Origin: Dehalococcoidia bacterium
Lineage (GTDB): Bacteria; Chloroflexota; Dehalococcoidia; Lucifugimonadales; QGNO01
Reading direction: 5' to 3'
Assembly (NCBI GenBank): GCA_034421495.1
Contig: DAOUKI010000119.1
Location: forward strand, 1 to 45,999
DNA: 45,999 bases
Every line of letters begins with the position of its first letter. The first letter of the stretch is position 1. This document shows, piece by piece, positions 24,366-34,477 of this stretch. The position numbers and the translations under genes were made by a program. The notes beneath the pieces are model-generated. The model saw only the letters and a list, made by a program, of their open reading frames with translations, was not told the DNA's origin and made no database searches.

Positions 24366-25067
24366 TTATCCACGAGTATCTGGACAGTTGGGTAGGGCCC
24401 CATTGGCGGTTAAGGGAGGCCAGAATTCCTTGATGTCCTTCCAAGTGAGCACGTTGTTCTCACTCATCCAGCACTGCTGAAGAAGGAATTTCACCTGACC
24501 AAAGTTCATCGTGTGATCCCTATCATCCGCAACTACAAACTGGACTACTTTCTTTTTGTTTCCAAGAATGTTGAGTAGAACCTTAGTCGTCACGTACTGA
24601 CGAATGAGTTGATGCACTAATACGTCACTTGTGTCAGAATTATCAAACCCTGTCTCATGCTTAGCTTCCCCAATGAAGAGGTGATTTGGAGTTTCCAGAA
24701 CGATGTCTATTTCAGTATTGCCCAGGTTGTTTCTCAAGTTAACCTCTTGGTTTGCCTGGGATGGGTTGTAGTTGAAAGACTGCGAGGTTTGCAAGTGTGA
24801 GAAACTAAGAATGTTATTACTCAAGTGAGGAAAAAGACAGTCGTACCGTTCTGCAAGATCCTTTTCGTCTCCTATACCATCAGAAGCAAAGTGATCCCGT
24901 ATCCCATACCAGAACAGGTTAATGCAAACTTCACTCGCTTGAGTCTCATCGGGCTCACCGAGTCTCCTAGCCAGTCTCAAACGAGCGTCCTTGCACCTGA
25001 AGAATGGCGCAAAATAGTACGCCGTCTTCCAGTTCTCAGTTCTGTTTTCTATACCCAGAATCTTCAT
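24366..25067 (-). CDS. Hypothetical protein with a PD-(D/E)xK-like nuclease motif, encoded on a markedly AT-rich segment
   Basis: ATG 25067 is preceded by a strong SD, AAGGAGGG (25073-25080 on the minus strand), embedded in the last codons of the upstream gene. ...NTEIDIVLETPNHLFIGEAKHETGF... has the D-x(12)-E-x-K spacing of restriction-endonuclease-fold enzymes. No wider family recognised. Confidence 0.55.
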   Translation of the reverse strand: MKILGIENRTENWKTAYYFAPFFRCKDARLRLARRLGEPDETQASEVCINLFWYGIRDHFASDGIGDEKDLAERYDCLFPHLSNNILSFSHLQTSQSFNYNPSQANQEVNLRNNLGNTEIDIVLETPNHLFIGEAKHETGFDNSDTSDVLVHQLIRQYVTTKVLLNILGNKKKVVQFVVADDRDHTMNFGQVKFLLQQCWMSENNVLTWKDIKEFWPPLTANGALPNCPDTRG

Positions 25068-26400
25068 TACAACCCTCCTTCAGTGTTACTTGCGCTACCG
25101 CCACCAGCGCCTCGTACACCCGGACCATGGCCAGTGTGTCGCGTTCGCAGTATGCCAGCAGCGACTCCCTGATGGCGGCCCTCTCCGACTCCGGCGCCTC
25201 GCCGGTAACCAGGCGGCCTTCGTACTGCGGGAACGCCTGCGCCAGTTCCCTGAGGACCCTTGCCTCGTAGCCTGAGTACACCACTATCGAGCCTTTGGGG
25301 GGCGTTGCCTCAAGCAGAGCGACTATCAGACGCTCCCTAGGGTCGCCGAGGCCGTCGTCCAGAAAGGCGCTGTGCCTCAGCCCGCCGTCCGAGTCCCGCA
25401 CATGCAGCGACCACTGGAACGGAATCATCTGATAGGGACTTGTGCCCGCGTATATGGGAATGGCAAGGCCCAATGTCTCAAAGTCCAGGAAGGCAGCCGG
25501 GAAGTCTATCTCTGCCAGCCCCGACGCCAAGTTGGTACCTACGAATGGCTGACCCATAGTCACGCTGTCTCGGACCCGACGCTGCATATAGGAAAGACCG
25601 CTGAAGTCCGGCGGTATGCTGCCGATGTCACGGATACCCGAGGCCTTCAAGCGGTCATGTATCTTGTTCCTCAGCCCTGGCAGCTTCCTGATAGGGTGCT
25701 CCGGCTCACCCGTATGGCAGTGTCCAAAGAAGGGACACCGGTAGGGGGTCGTGCAGTGAGGGCCGGTCTCGATGTCCAGGGTGTCGGCAAGCTGTAGCGA
25801 TTCCCACATCCGCGACAGGGCCCCGGGCACCTGTTCCGCTATGTATGCCCTGGACTCTTCCGTAACGTCCTCTAGGGAGAAGAGCCGTTCCAGGTCATAG
25901 GCCCCGCCCTGGTACACGTATCCGGTGTTGATGTGCATGAGATACGCCCTTCCGACGGGGACGCCACAGCCCTCTACCGCGTACATCTGAATTGCAACGT
26001 CAGGGATGTGCTGTTCCTTGGCGCTGGCGGTGGACTTTACCTCGATTAGGTCGAACTCCTGGCCGTTGCCCCTGACCAGGACGTCGACCCGCGTCCTGAT
26101 GCTCTGGAAGGCAAAGGCTGGTTCGTAGAGGACAAGGACGGAGACGTCAGACAGTAGAACCTGCGTTGATTGCACTGCTTGGGGGTGCTCATGGTACTGC
26201 TCCTGAACCAGTACACCGTTGGGGAATCGCTGTCTTGCCAGCTCACCGACGTTGGTTCCGGTATCAAAGACAGCTTGCTGGCCCGCTTCCACGGGGTCGG
26301 CAATGTCGCGGTGATAGCATTCCAGATAGAGTCGTTTCAGGCACTGAAGCCCGGCTATAAACCTGGATTTGGACAGTTGAGGCAGCGTTTCGTGGGTCAT
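25036..26400 (-). CDS. DUF2779-family protein: N-terminal Cas4/RecB-like PD-(D/E)xK nuclease with Cys cluster, fused to a C-terminal DEDD(y)-type exonuclease-like domain
   Basis: LSKSRFIAGLQCLKRLYLE is the typical DUF2779 N-terminus and carries the first Cys. RVDVL...FDLIEVKS is the D...ExK motif. HCTTPYRCPFFGHC supplies three more Cys. The C-terminal FLDFET (D-x-E) and YCERDTLAM (Y-x3-D) are DnaQ-like motifs. I start at ATG 26400 (MTHETLPQLSKSRF) rather than the track's 26574, because the upstream 58 codons look non-coding. Confidence 0.72.
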   Translation of the reverse strand: MTHETLPQLSKSRFIAGLQCLKRLYLECYHRDIADPVEAGQQAVFDTGTNVGELARQRFPNGVLVQEQYHEHPQAVQSTQVLLSDVSVLVLYEPAFAFQSIRTRVDVLVRGNGQEFDLIEVKSTASAKEQHIPDVAIQMYAVEGCGVPVGRAYLMHINTGYVYQGGAYDLERLFSLEDVTEESRAYIAEQVPGALSRMWESLQLADTLDIETGPHCTTPYRCPFFGHCHTGEPEHPIRKLPGLRNKIHDRLKASGIRDIGSIPPDFSGLSYMQRRVRDSVTMGQPFVGTNLASGLAEIDFPAAFLDFETLGLAIPIYAGTSPYQMIPFQWSLHVRDSDGGLRHSAFLDDGLGDPRERLIVALLEATPPKGSIVVYSGYEARVLRELAQAFPQYEGRLVTGEAPESERAAIRESLLAYCERDTLAMVRVYEALVAVAQVTLKEGCNEDSGYRKQN

Positions 26401-26491
26401 TGGCGTCAACTCTACTTGGAGAATAAGCATGATTTCAACGCCGTTACACCTTCTGCTAAACTGATGGGGCATCCTGATCTGAATTGGTGAT

Positions 26492-27475
26492 ATGACGGAG
26501 CAATCGACAGACGTCAAAGCGATTCTTGGGCAGATACTGAGGACACCCGCAAATACGGCGGCTTTTTCCTTCATCCGCTACGTGGGCACGCACATGAGTG
26601 AGGACGACCAGGCGGAGTTTCTCAACGGGCTGCTGAAAAAGTCCGTCGAGAGCAGGGAAGCGGGAGACGCCTCGGCGCTGTGGGACTACCTGGAGGTATG
26701 GGAAGAACGGGGCAGGGCGCTGGCCGGAGCGCGGGCTCGCGGCGTCGAGGTAGAAGGAATACCGTGGTCGCCGGTTGCGACGCCGTTGAACGAGGCCAAG
26801 TTCGCCTTGATCACCACGGGCGGCGTTTACGTGGAAGGCCAGGAACCGTACGAGACGGACGGACCGGAAGGCCTGGGTGATTGGTCGTGGCGGGCGATTC
26901 CAAAGGATGTTCCACGCGATGATCTGCGCCTGGCCCACCTGCACTACGACCTCTCCGGGCCTCGTGAGGACATCAACTGCGTCTTCCCGCTGGACAGGAT
27001 GGTGGAGTTGGAGCAGGACGGCGTCATAGGAAGTCTTGCCAGCACCAACTACTCGTTTATGGGGTACATACAACGTCCCGACCTGTTGAGCGCTGAGACC
27101 GCTCCCCAAGTAGCGAAACGGCTGAAAGCCGACGGCGTTCAGGCCGTAGTGCTCACCTCAACCTGACCGGTGTGCAACCGGTCCGGCGGACTGATAGCAA
27201 GGGCAATAGAAGCGGAGGGCATCCCCACGGTGCTCGTCATGATGTACAAGGAGATGGCGGAGAAGGTCCATCCCCCACGCGTTGCCCACGTCCGCTTCCC
27301 GTTTGGGCGGCCCATGGGTGAGCCGAACAACGCGGACCAGCATCGCGTGATACTGGAAGACGCGCTGAGCGTCCTGGAAACGGCGGGAGAACCGGGGACG
27401 GTTGTCAGCCTGCCATATCGCTGGAGACGTGAGCACTACAAGCGGATACGGGCGGAGCGGGCCGTCAACAAGTAG
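26492..27475 (+). CDS. GrdB/PrdB-family (glycine/sarcosine/betaine reductase selenoprotein B-like) protein, candidate selenoprotein (in-frame TGA 27164-27166 in a U-P-V-C motif)
   Basis: Track ORFs 26492..27166 and 27170..27475 share one frame, with only the TGA plus CCG between them. The joined sequence ...ADGVQAVVLTST-U-PVCNRSGGLIARAIEAEGIPTVLV... resembles the GrdB active-site region as I remember it (..LTsT-U-GTC-tRCGA..I.E..GIP.V). Upstream, FALITTGGVY..., HLHYD..., DINCVFPLDRMVELEQDGVIGSL also look GrdB-like. Confidence 0.7.
27179..27193 (+). promoter_or_regulatory. Candidate SECIS-like hairpin (CGGUCC-GGC-GGACUG)
   Basis: A 6-bp stem including one G-U pair, with a GGC apex about 18-20 nt after the UGA. 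A competing hairpin, GACCGG-UGUGCAA-CCGGUC (27165-27183), includes the GA of the UGA itself. Both were read by eye. Weaker than the DUF3179 case. Confidence 0.3.
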
Positions 27476-27490
27476 ATTGGGGCGTCTGGG

Positions 27491-28204
27491 CTAGGACAGC
27501 GTAAAGCTCTTGAAGCCCTCGGCGTATTCCATTCCGTGCTCTTTGCCCGCCTGGCGCTTCCACTCTTTCATGCGCTCCCCGGCTGTTGCGCTGACCTGGC
27601 TCTCGTGGGCCAGCAGCGCCTCAACTGCTATATCTATGCTGGAAGAGACGTCCACCCACTTGTTGGATATGTCGTGCCCTATGATCAGCACCTCGCGCAC
27701 TTTGTGAGGCTCCAAACCCTCCTCCAGCAGTTCAGGGAAGGTCAGGTGGTCGCGTGCGGCAGGGTAGACGGCGGATAGGGCGGCTTCGCCCGCCGCGAAA
27801 TGGTCGGGATGGCCCAGGTAGCCGGTGCCGGTCAGGGTGCGCGTGGGGCTGGTGGTGATCAGGATGTCGGGACGGAAGCGGCGTATCTCGCGGGAGATGT
27901 CGCGGCGAAGGTCCAGAGTGGGTTCCAGGTAGCCGTCGGGATAATCCAGAAAGACCACATCTTTGAGGCCCAGGACTTTGCCCGCGCTTATCTGCTCCTG
28001 CTTACGTATTTCAACCAGCTGTTCCGACGTGATGCTGCGGTCGGAGGTGCCTTTGCTGCCGTCGGTACAAAGCACGTAGACGAACTCGATCCCTTCTCTG
28101 ACCCACCTGGCCACGGAAGCGGAGCAACCGAACTCGGCATCGTCCGGGTGGGCTACTACCACCATGCCTCGCTTGTAGGGCTGCTCCTTGGACTCTTCAG
28201 CCAT
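27491..28204 (-). CDS. PIG-L/LmbE-family N-acetylglucosaminyl deacetylase-like protein
   Basis: Signature VVVAHPDDAEFG near the N-terminus and a later HPDH metal-binding motif. 237 aa. Confidence 0.85.
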   Translation of the reverse strand: MAEESKEQPYKRGMVVVAHPDDAEFGCSASVARWVREGIEFVYVLCTDGSKGTSDRSITSEQLVEIRKQEQISAGKVLGLKDVVFLDYPDGYLEPTLDLRRDISREIRRFRPDILITTSPTRTLTGTGYLGHPDHFAAGEAALSAVYPAARDHLTFPELLEEGLEPHKVREVLIIGHDISNKWVDVSSSIDIAVEALLAHESQVSATAGERMKEWKRQAGKEHGMEYAEGFKSFTLS

Positions 28205-28895
28205 GCCTCACGACCTCCTGGCTAAATGTTAGAACGAGATCAAGCAGCGCCCGTGGCGATTCGGCCACCGCATGCGGCCTCACGCCGTCCAGAACATGAT
28301 GTTCCTGCGGAATACCCCAGACAGCGTGGCAGCTCCAGCATCCCGCAGCCTGCGCCGCTTCTATGTCGGCTGCGCCGTCACCCACGAACATCGTTGCTGC
28401 TGCATCCGCTTGGAGTCGGCCCAGAGCCATGTGTACTCCTTCAGGGTCGGGTTTGTAACGGGTCACGTCCTCAAAGCCCACCATAACGGGAAACATATGC
28501 GTCATGCCCAGTTCCGTTAGCTCATGCCAAGCGCCGACCCGCCTGCCGTCTATCTCAACGTCGCGTCCCTTCTGGGTCACTATCCCCAGTTTGACGCCTC
28601 TGTGGTGCAGTTCTTGAAGCATCTCAGCCACGCCTGGCAGCAGCTTGATTACGCCGGGCGGTTTGTTCCAGTAGGTGCTTCTGTACGCTTCGAAAAGCTC
28701 CAGATTGCGCCCGTCCCGCGCCTCTAGGTCGTCCAGTACATTTTTGAGCTGGCGGCCCTTCAGCCCTAGCATGAACGCTTCGGCATCGGCATCTATGCCG
28801 GCACGATTGAATACCAGGCCAAGTGAATTCACGCGCGCCTGTAGTGAATCAACGAGGGTATCGTCGAAGTCAAAGAGAACCGTGCTGAGGCGCAA
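28197..28895 (-). CDS. HAD-superfamily hydrolase (phosphatase-like, subfamily IA)
   Basis: Motif I LFDFDDTLVDS. Motif III/IV K...VGDGAADIEAAQAAG. Overlaps the downstream PIG-L start by 8 nt. Confidence 0.85.
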   Translation of the reverse strand: MRLSTVLFDFDDTLVDSLQARVNSLGLVFNRAGIDADAEAFMLGLKGRQLKNVLDDLEARDGRNLELFEAYRSTYWNKPPGVIKLLPGVAEMLQELHHRGVKLGIVTQKGRDVEIDGRRVGAWHELTELGMTHMFPVMVGFEDVTRYKPDPEGVHMALGRLQADAAATMFVGDGAADIEAAQAAGCWSCHAVWGIPQEHHVLDGVRPHAVAESPRALLDLVLTFSQEVVRHG

Positions 28896-28896
28896 G

Positions 28897-29787
28897 CTAG
28901 GCCCGTCCCGCCATTCTATCTGCGAAACGCTGGTCTATGTCGCGGGGCCACTCGCGCTTCCGGTCGTCCCGTACGTTGACGGTTAACCTGCCCAGGCCCT
29001 GTATCTCCATATCAATGACATCCCCGTCCTGGATAGCGCCGAGCCCCTGGTGGTTGGTGCCCGTGGCGATGACGTCGCCGGGGTTAAGGGTGGTTATGGA
29101 CGAGACCCATTCCACACACCGGGCCACGCCATGGGCCATATCGCTGGTGGAGAGGTCCTGCCGGACTTCATTGTTCACCCATAGCTTTATGGGGAGGTCT
29201 TGCGGGTCCGCGATTTCGTCTTTGCTTACCAGGTACGGACCTATAGGGGCAAAGGTGTCCCAGCTCTTGACCCAGAAGAAGTTGCCGCCCCCAAGCCCCC
29301 TCGCCGAGACGTCTATGAAGTTGACATAGCCGAACACGTAGTCAAAAGCCTGTTCGGCCTTTACATTGGCGGCCTCTTTGCCAATGACCACGCCCAGCTC
29401 CGCCTCGTGATGGAACACGTTCGCCTCGGCCTCCGGCAGGACGATGGTGTCTCCCGGGCCAATGACGGCGTTGCGCGATTTGAGAAAAGCATGGATGCGC
29501 GGCTTCTCTTTAAGAGCGCCGTTCTCCATGTAGTTCACCGCCATGGCGATGAGCTTACCCGGCCGGGGTAGGGGAGGGGACAGCGCTACGCTTTCCAGCG
29601 GTGCCCCCGGAGATGACGATGCGGCATCCTCCAGCTTGCCTTTCAGCGAGTCGAACCCGGCCATGACGCCGTTCACCAGGTCTTGTGTCGTGACGTGCGG
29701 AACGTCCTGAACGGCGTCTGTGACGTCAACAACGTTTCCGTTGTTGACCACGCCAAGTCGTGTGCTGTTGAAAATAACGAGTTTCAC
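28897..29787 (-). CDS. Fumarylacetoacetate hydrolase (FAH) family protein, paralogue 1
   Basis: HEAELGVVIGK, FGYVNFIDVSAR, FAPIGPYLV and PGDVIATGT are FAH-fold metal/substrate motifs. GTG start at 29787. Confidence 0.88.
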   Translation of the reverse strand: MKLVIFNSTRLGVVNNGNVVDVTDAVQDVPHVTTQDLVNGVMAGFDSLKGKLEDAASSSPGAPLESVALSPPLPRPGKLIAMAVNYMENGALKEKPRIHAFLKSRNAVIGPGDTIVLPEAEANVFHHEAELGVVIGKEAANVKAEQAFDYVFGYVNFIDVSARGLGGGNFFWVKSWDTFAPIGPYLVSKDEIADPQDLPIKLWVNNEVRQDLSTSDMAHGVARCVEWVSSITTLNPGDVIATGTNHQGLGAIQDGDVIDMEIQGLGRLTVNVRDDRKREWPRDIDQRFADRMAGRA

Positions 29788-29790
29788 TGT

Positions 29791-30690
29791 CTATCTCCCT
29801 GCTGCTTCCCGTGCGGCCTTTTCGGCGCGTGTTTCACGGGGCCATTCGCGTTTCAGAGCGTCCGTTACATTGAAGTGGAGCCTGCCTAGGCCCTCCGTTT
29901 CCATCTCCACCGCATCACCGTCTTGTAGCGGTCCCAGGTCAAGATGGTGAGTCCCGGTGGCAATGATATCGCCAGGGTCAAGGGTGGTGATGGAGGATGC
30001 CCATTCGATGCACTCCGGTATCTTGTGAGCCATGTCGCTGGTGTAGAAGTCCTGGTTCAGCTTGCCGCTGACCCAGAGCCGTACGTGAGTATTCTGGGGC
30101 TGGCTGATTTCGTCGGCGGTGACCAGGTATGGGCCTATGGGAGCGAAGTTGTGCCACGACTTGATGGGGAAATAGCTGTCGTACGGCGGGTTGCCCAGGT
30201 CGCGGGCCGATACATCGACCAGGTTGACGTAGCCGAAGACGTAGTCGTAGGCATCGGCCTGGCTCACTCCTCTGGCCCGTTTGCCGATGACAACCCCCAA
30301 TTCGGCCTCGTGTTCGAATATGGATGCCTGGTCCGGGGGCAACTCCACTGTGTCGCCGTCTCCGGCGACCGAGTTGGGGGATTTGAGGAAGCCGTTTATA
30401 GGAGGCATGTCCGATTCCGGCCCGTGCTCCAGGTAGTTGATAGCCATGCATAGAATCTTGCCGGGCCTGGGCAACGGCGGGCGGAACGTAACCTGGCTGA
30501 TGGGTATCCCTTCAGAGCCGTCAGCGCCCTCTTCCAAGCGCCCTCTGTACGTATCGAACTCTTCTATGAGGTAGCTGATCAGATCGTGAGGGCCCAAGTG
30601 CGGGATGTCCTGCACGACGTTAGTCACGTCGAATACGTGTTCACCTCTGACCACGCCTAGTCTAAAGTCGTCGAAATAGGCCAGCTTCAT
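29791..30690 (-). CDS. Fumarylacetoacetate hydrolase (FAH) family protein, paralogue 2
   Basis: Collinear with paralogue 1: HEAELGVVIGK, FGYVNLVDVSAR, FAPIGPYLV, PGDIIATGT, and both end ..KREWPR.. Its TAG lies 3 nt before the GTG of paralogue 1. Confidence 0.88.
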   Translation of the reverse strand: MKLAYFDDFRLGVVRGEHVFDVTNVVQDIPHLGPHDLISYLIEEFDTYRGRLEEGADGSEGIPISQVTFRPPLPRPGKILCMAINYLEHGPESDMPPINGFLKSPNSVAGDGDTVELPPDQASIFEHEAELGVVIGKRARGVSQADAYDYVFGYVNLVDVSARDLGNPPYDSYFPIKSWHNFAPIGPYLVTADEISQPQNTHVRLWVSGKLNQDFYTSDMAHKIPECIEWASSITTLDPGDIIATGTHHLDLGPLQDGDAVEMETEGLGRLHFNVTDALKREWPRETRAEKAAREAAGR

Positions 30691-30730
30691 ATTCCCTCCT
30701 ACCGGCTATGGAGCATCAGGGTGATGCCCT

Positions 30731-32041
<1,311 letters not shown>

Positions 32042-32146
32042 CTAACCTAAAGATAGCCCCGAACTTGGGGCAACTGGTGAATTATAACAGCGCAAAGAGG
32101 GGTTGGAAAGCGTGAATGGGCGGACTTATAGCCGCATCGCTCCCGC

Positions 32147-33331
32147 TTAGCTCACCCGTCTCAGAATTGTGGCGCAACCCTGGCCTCCGCCTACGCACAT
32201 GGTGACCAGGCCGGTCTCCTCATCTCTCAGGGATAGCTCCTCCAGCAATTTCACGGTCATAACGGCTCCGGTGGCGCCTATGGGGTGTCCCAGAGATATA
32301 CCGCTGCCGTTCACGTTGGTCTTGTCCATATCCAGGTCTAGCTCCCTTATGCAGTAGAGAGCCTGAGCCGCGAAGGCCTCGTTTAGCTCTACGAGGTCTA
32401 TATCGCCAAGAGACATTCCCGACTTCTGCAACACCTTGCGCACGGCGGGAACCGGGCCGGTGCCCATATAAGCGGGGTCAACTCCCGCCACGGCGTGAGA
32501 CACCCATTCCAACCTGGGCGTCAGTCCCAGGGACTTGGCCTTTTCCATGGACATCATCACCACGGCGGCAGCGCCGTCGTTGATCTGGGAAGCGTTGCCT
32601 GCGGTGACAGTGCCGCCTTCTTTGAAGATGGGCCTCAGCTCGGCCAGCTTCTCCAGCGTGGCGTCGCTGCGGGGCCCTTCATCCCGGTCGATAGAAACCG
32701 GGTCGCCGCGATGCTGCGGTACGCTGACCGGCGCTATCTGTTCTCCAAAAAGGCCTGCATCCACCGCGTGCGACGCTCGCTGATGGCTGAGGAGGGCCAG
32801 ATGGTCTTGGTCCTCTCTGGTCACCTCAAAGCGTGAAGCCACGTTCTCAGCAGTGACGCCCATGTGGTAGTTATTGACCGGGCAGCTAAGTCCCTCTATC
32901 AGAGAATCGTCGATGCTGCCCTTGCCCATGCGCAGTCCATCCCAGCGCACGTTGCGCATTAGATAAGGGGACATGCTCATGTTCTCCGTACCGCCCGCAA
33001 CCACAACGTCCGCGTCACCGGTGCGAATTAGCTGAGCGGCTAGATTTATCGCTTCCAGCCCCGATGAGCACTGCCGGTTTATGGCTATGACGGGGACTTC
33101 CTCCGGAATGCCCGCCTTCAGCGAAGCCAGGCGAGGGGCATACCCGGCGTCGGCTGCCTGAAGGACGTTGCCTATTATTACCTCGTCTACCTCCTCGGGG
33201 TCTATGCCCGTTCGTTCCAAGGCCGCTTTGATAGCGACCGCGCCCAGGTCGGCTGCGCCGAACGATTTGAATGCGCCGCCGAACCTGCCTAGGGGGGTGC
33301 GTGCTCCACTGATTATGACCGCTTGTTGCAT
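32147..33331 (-). CDS. Acetyl-CoA C-acetyltransferase (thiolase II)
   Basis: [10 protein letters not shown] (active-site Cys), [22 protein letters not shown]. 394 aa. Confidence 0.93.
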   Translation of the reverse strand: MQQAVIISGARTPLGRFGGAFKSFGAADLGAVAIKAALERTGIDPEEVDEVIIGNVLQAADAGYAPRLASLKAGIPEEVPVIAINRQCSSGLEAINLAAQLIRTGDADVVVAGGTENMSMSPYLMRNVRWDGLRMGKGSIDDSLIEGLSCPVNNYHMGVTAENVASRFEVTREDQDHLALLSHQRASHAVDAGLFGEQIAPVSVPQHRGDPVSIDRDEGPRSDATLEKLAELRPIFKEGGTVTAGNASQINDGAAAVVMMSMEKAKSLGLTPRLEWVSHAVAGVDPAYMGTGPVPAVRKVLQKSGMSLGDIDLVELNEAFAAQALYCIRELDLDMDKTNVNGSGISLGHPIGATGAVMTVKLLEELSLRDEETGLVTMCVGGGQGCATILRRVS

Positions 33332-33486
33332 AGCATGCTCCTTTGTAAAGCCACATTCTCTGCCCTTGAATACGGAGTGTCAAACTCCCGCCGATTCACT
33401 TGGTGGGCTGACTGGCTGTGTTATGATATGTAAAATTCGCAGTTAGAGGCATCGGCGGCTAATCTTGATATGCCAAAGGGAACGTA

Positions 33487-34434
33487 ATGCCTAACTTTGA
33501 TGAGTTAAGAGTATTTTCCGGCACGGCGCACCCCGATCTTACGGAAGCGATTTGCCGGTATCTGGACATTTCTGTGGGGCAGGCGGACGTATTCAAGTTC
33601 ACCAATGACAACACGTTTGTGCAGTTCAGGGAGAACATACGCCAGCGGGACGTCTTCATTGTGCAGCCGTTCTCCTATCCGGTGAACGATAAGATCGTAG
33701 AGCTTCTCATAATGATAGACGCTGCCAAGAGGGCTTCCGCGGGTAGAGTAACCGCTGTTATCCCGTATTTTGCGTACGGCAGAACCGACAAAAAGGATCA
33801 GCCCAGGGTGCCCATCTCCGCCCGGTTGATAGCGGACATGGTCTCCACTGCGGGAGCCGATAGGGTGCTCACCGTAGACCTGCATGCGGGGCAGATTCAG
33901 GGTTTCTTCAACATACCGGTGGATGAGCTAACGGCGCTGCCCATACTGGCGCGCTATATTCAAGAAAAGGAATTGCCGGACCCCGTGGTTATAGGAGTAG
34001 ACCTGGGAGCCATCAAGCGGGCCAGAGACATGGCTCAACGCGTTGGCGCCCCGCTGGCCATAATTGAAAAAAGACGAATAGGCAACGAAGACAGAGCCGA
34101 GACGTTGAACGTCATAGGTGAGGTGGAAGGCAAGATAGCCATCATCGTGGATGACGAAATAGATACGGGCGGCTCCTTGCTATCCGCGGTGGAAGCTTTG
34201 GAGCAGCGGGGAGTCAGTGAAGTTTACGCCTCCTGCACCCATGGAGTGTTGTCAGGCAATGCTGTGGAGAGGATAGGCGGCAGCCGCCTCAAGGAGCTCA
34301 TTGTCACCGACACCATGCAGATGACGGACGGCAGAAGGCACGAAAAGATAACCGTGTTGTCGGTGGCTCCCCTGCTTGGTGAGGCCATACACAGGATCCA
34401 TGGGGGGCTGTCGGTGGGAGCGATGTTCCAATAG
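33487..34434 (+). CDS. prs: Ribose-phosphate pyrophosphokinase
   Basis: DLHAGQIQGFF, the PRPP-binding loop IIVDDEIDTGGSL, and the typical N-terminus ..LRVFSGTAHPDL. 315 aa. Confidence 0.95.
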   Translation: MPNFDELRVFSGTAHPDLTEAICRYLDISVGQADVFKFTNDNTFVQFRENIRQRDVFIVQPFSYPVNDKIVELLIMIDAAKRASAGRVTAVIPYFAYGRTDKKDQPRVPISARLIADMVSTAGADRVLTVDLHAGQIQGFFNIPVDELTALPILARYIQEKELPDPVVIGVDLGAIKRARDMAQRVGAPLAIIEKRRIGNEDRAETLNVIGEVEGKIAIIVDDEIDTGGSLLSAVEALEQRGVSEVYASCTHGVLSGNAVERIGGSRLKELIVTDTMQMTDGRRHEKITVLSVAPLLGEAIHRIHGGLSVGAMFQ

Positions 34435-34477
34435 AGGTTGGGTATAGCCATCCATAGCATGGCTGTTGGCAATAATC

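Noticed and set aside
24420-25061. 7-bp direct repeat CCAGAAT (24420-24426 and 25055-25061) as target-site duplication of the AT-rich cassette
   Set aside because: The right-hand copy lies inside codons 2-4 of the 233-aa gene, not outside the cassette. A shared 7-mer between two short windows is not improbable by chance, and no inverted terminal repeats or recombinase are present.
26492-27475. GrdB-like gene as part of a canonical glycine/betaine/sarcosine or proline reductase complex
   Set aside because: No grdA, grdC/D/E, prdA or adjacent thioredoxin/thioredoxin reductase genes are in the window. The neighbours are a divergent DUF2779 nuclease gene and a convergent PIG-L gene.
15420-28204. 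MIPS (15420-16976) plus the PIG-L/LmbE deacetylase (27491-28204) as a mycothiol- or inositol-glycoconjugate pathway cluster
   Set aside because: The two genes are more than 10 kb apart, in different transcription units separated by unrelated genes. No glycosyltransferase (MshA-like), ligase (MshC-like) or acetyltransferase (MshD-like) is present.
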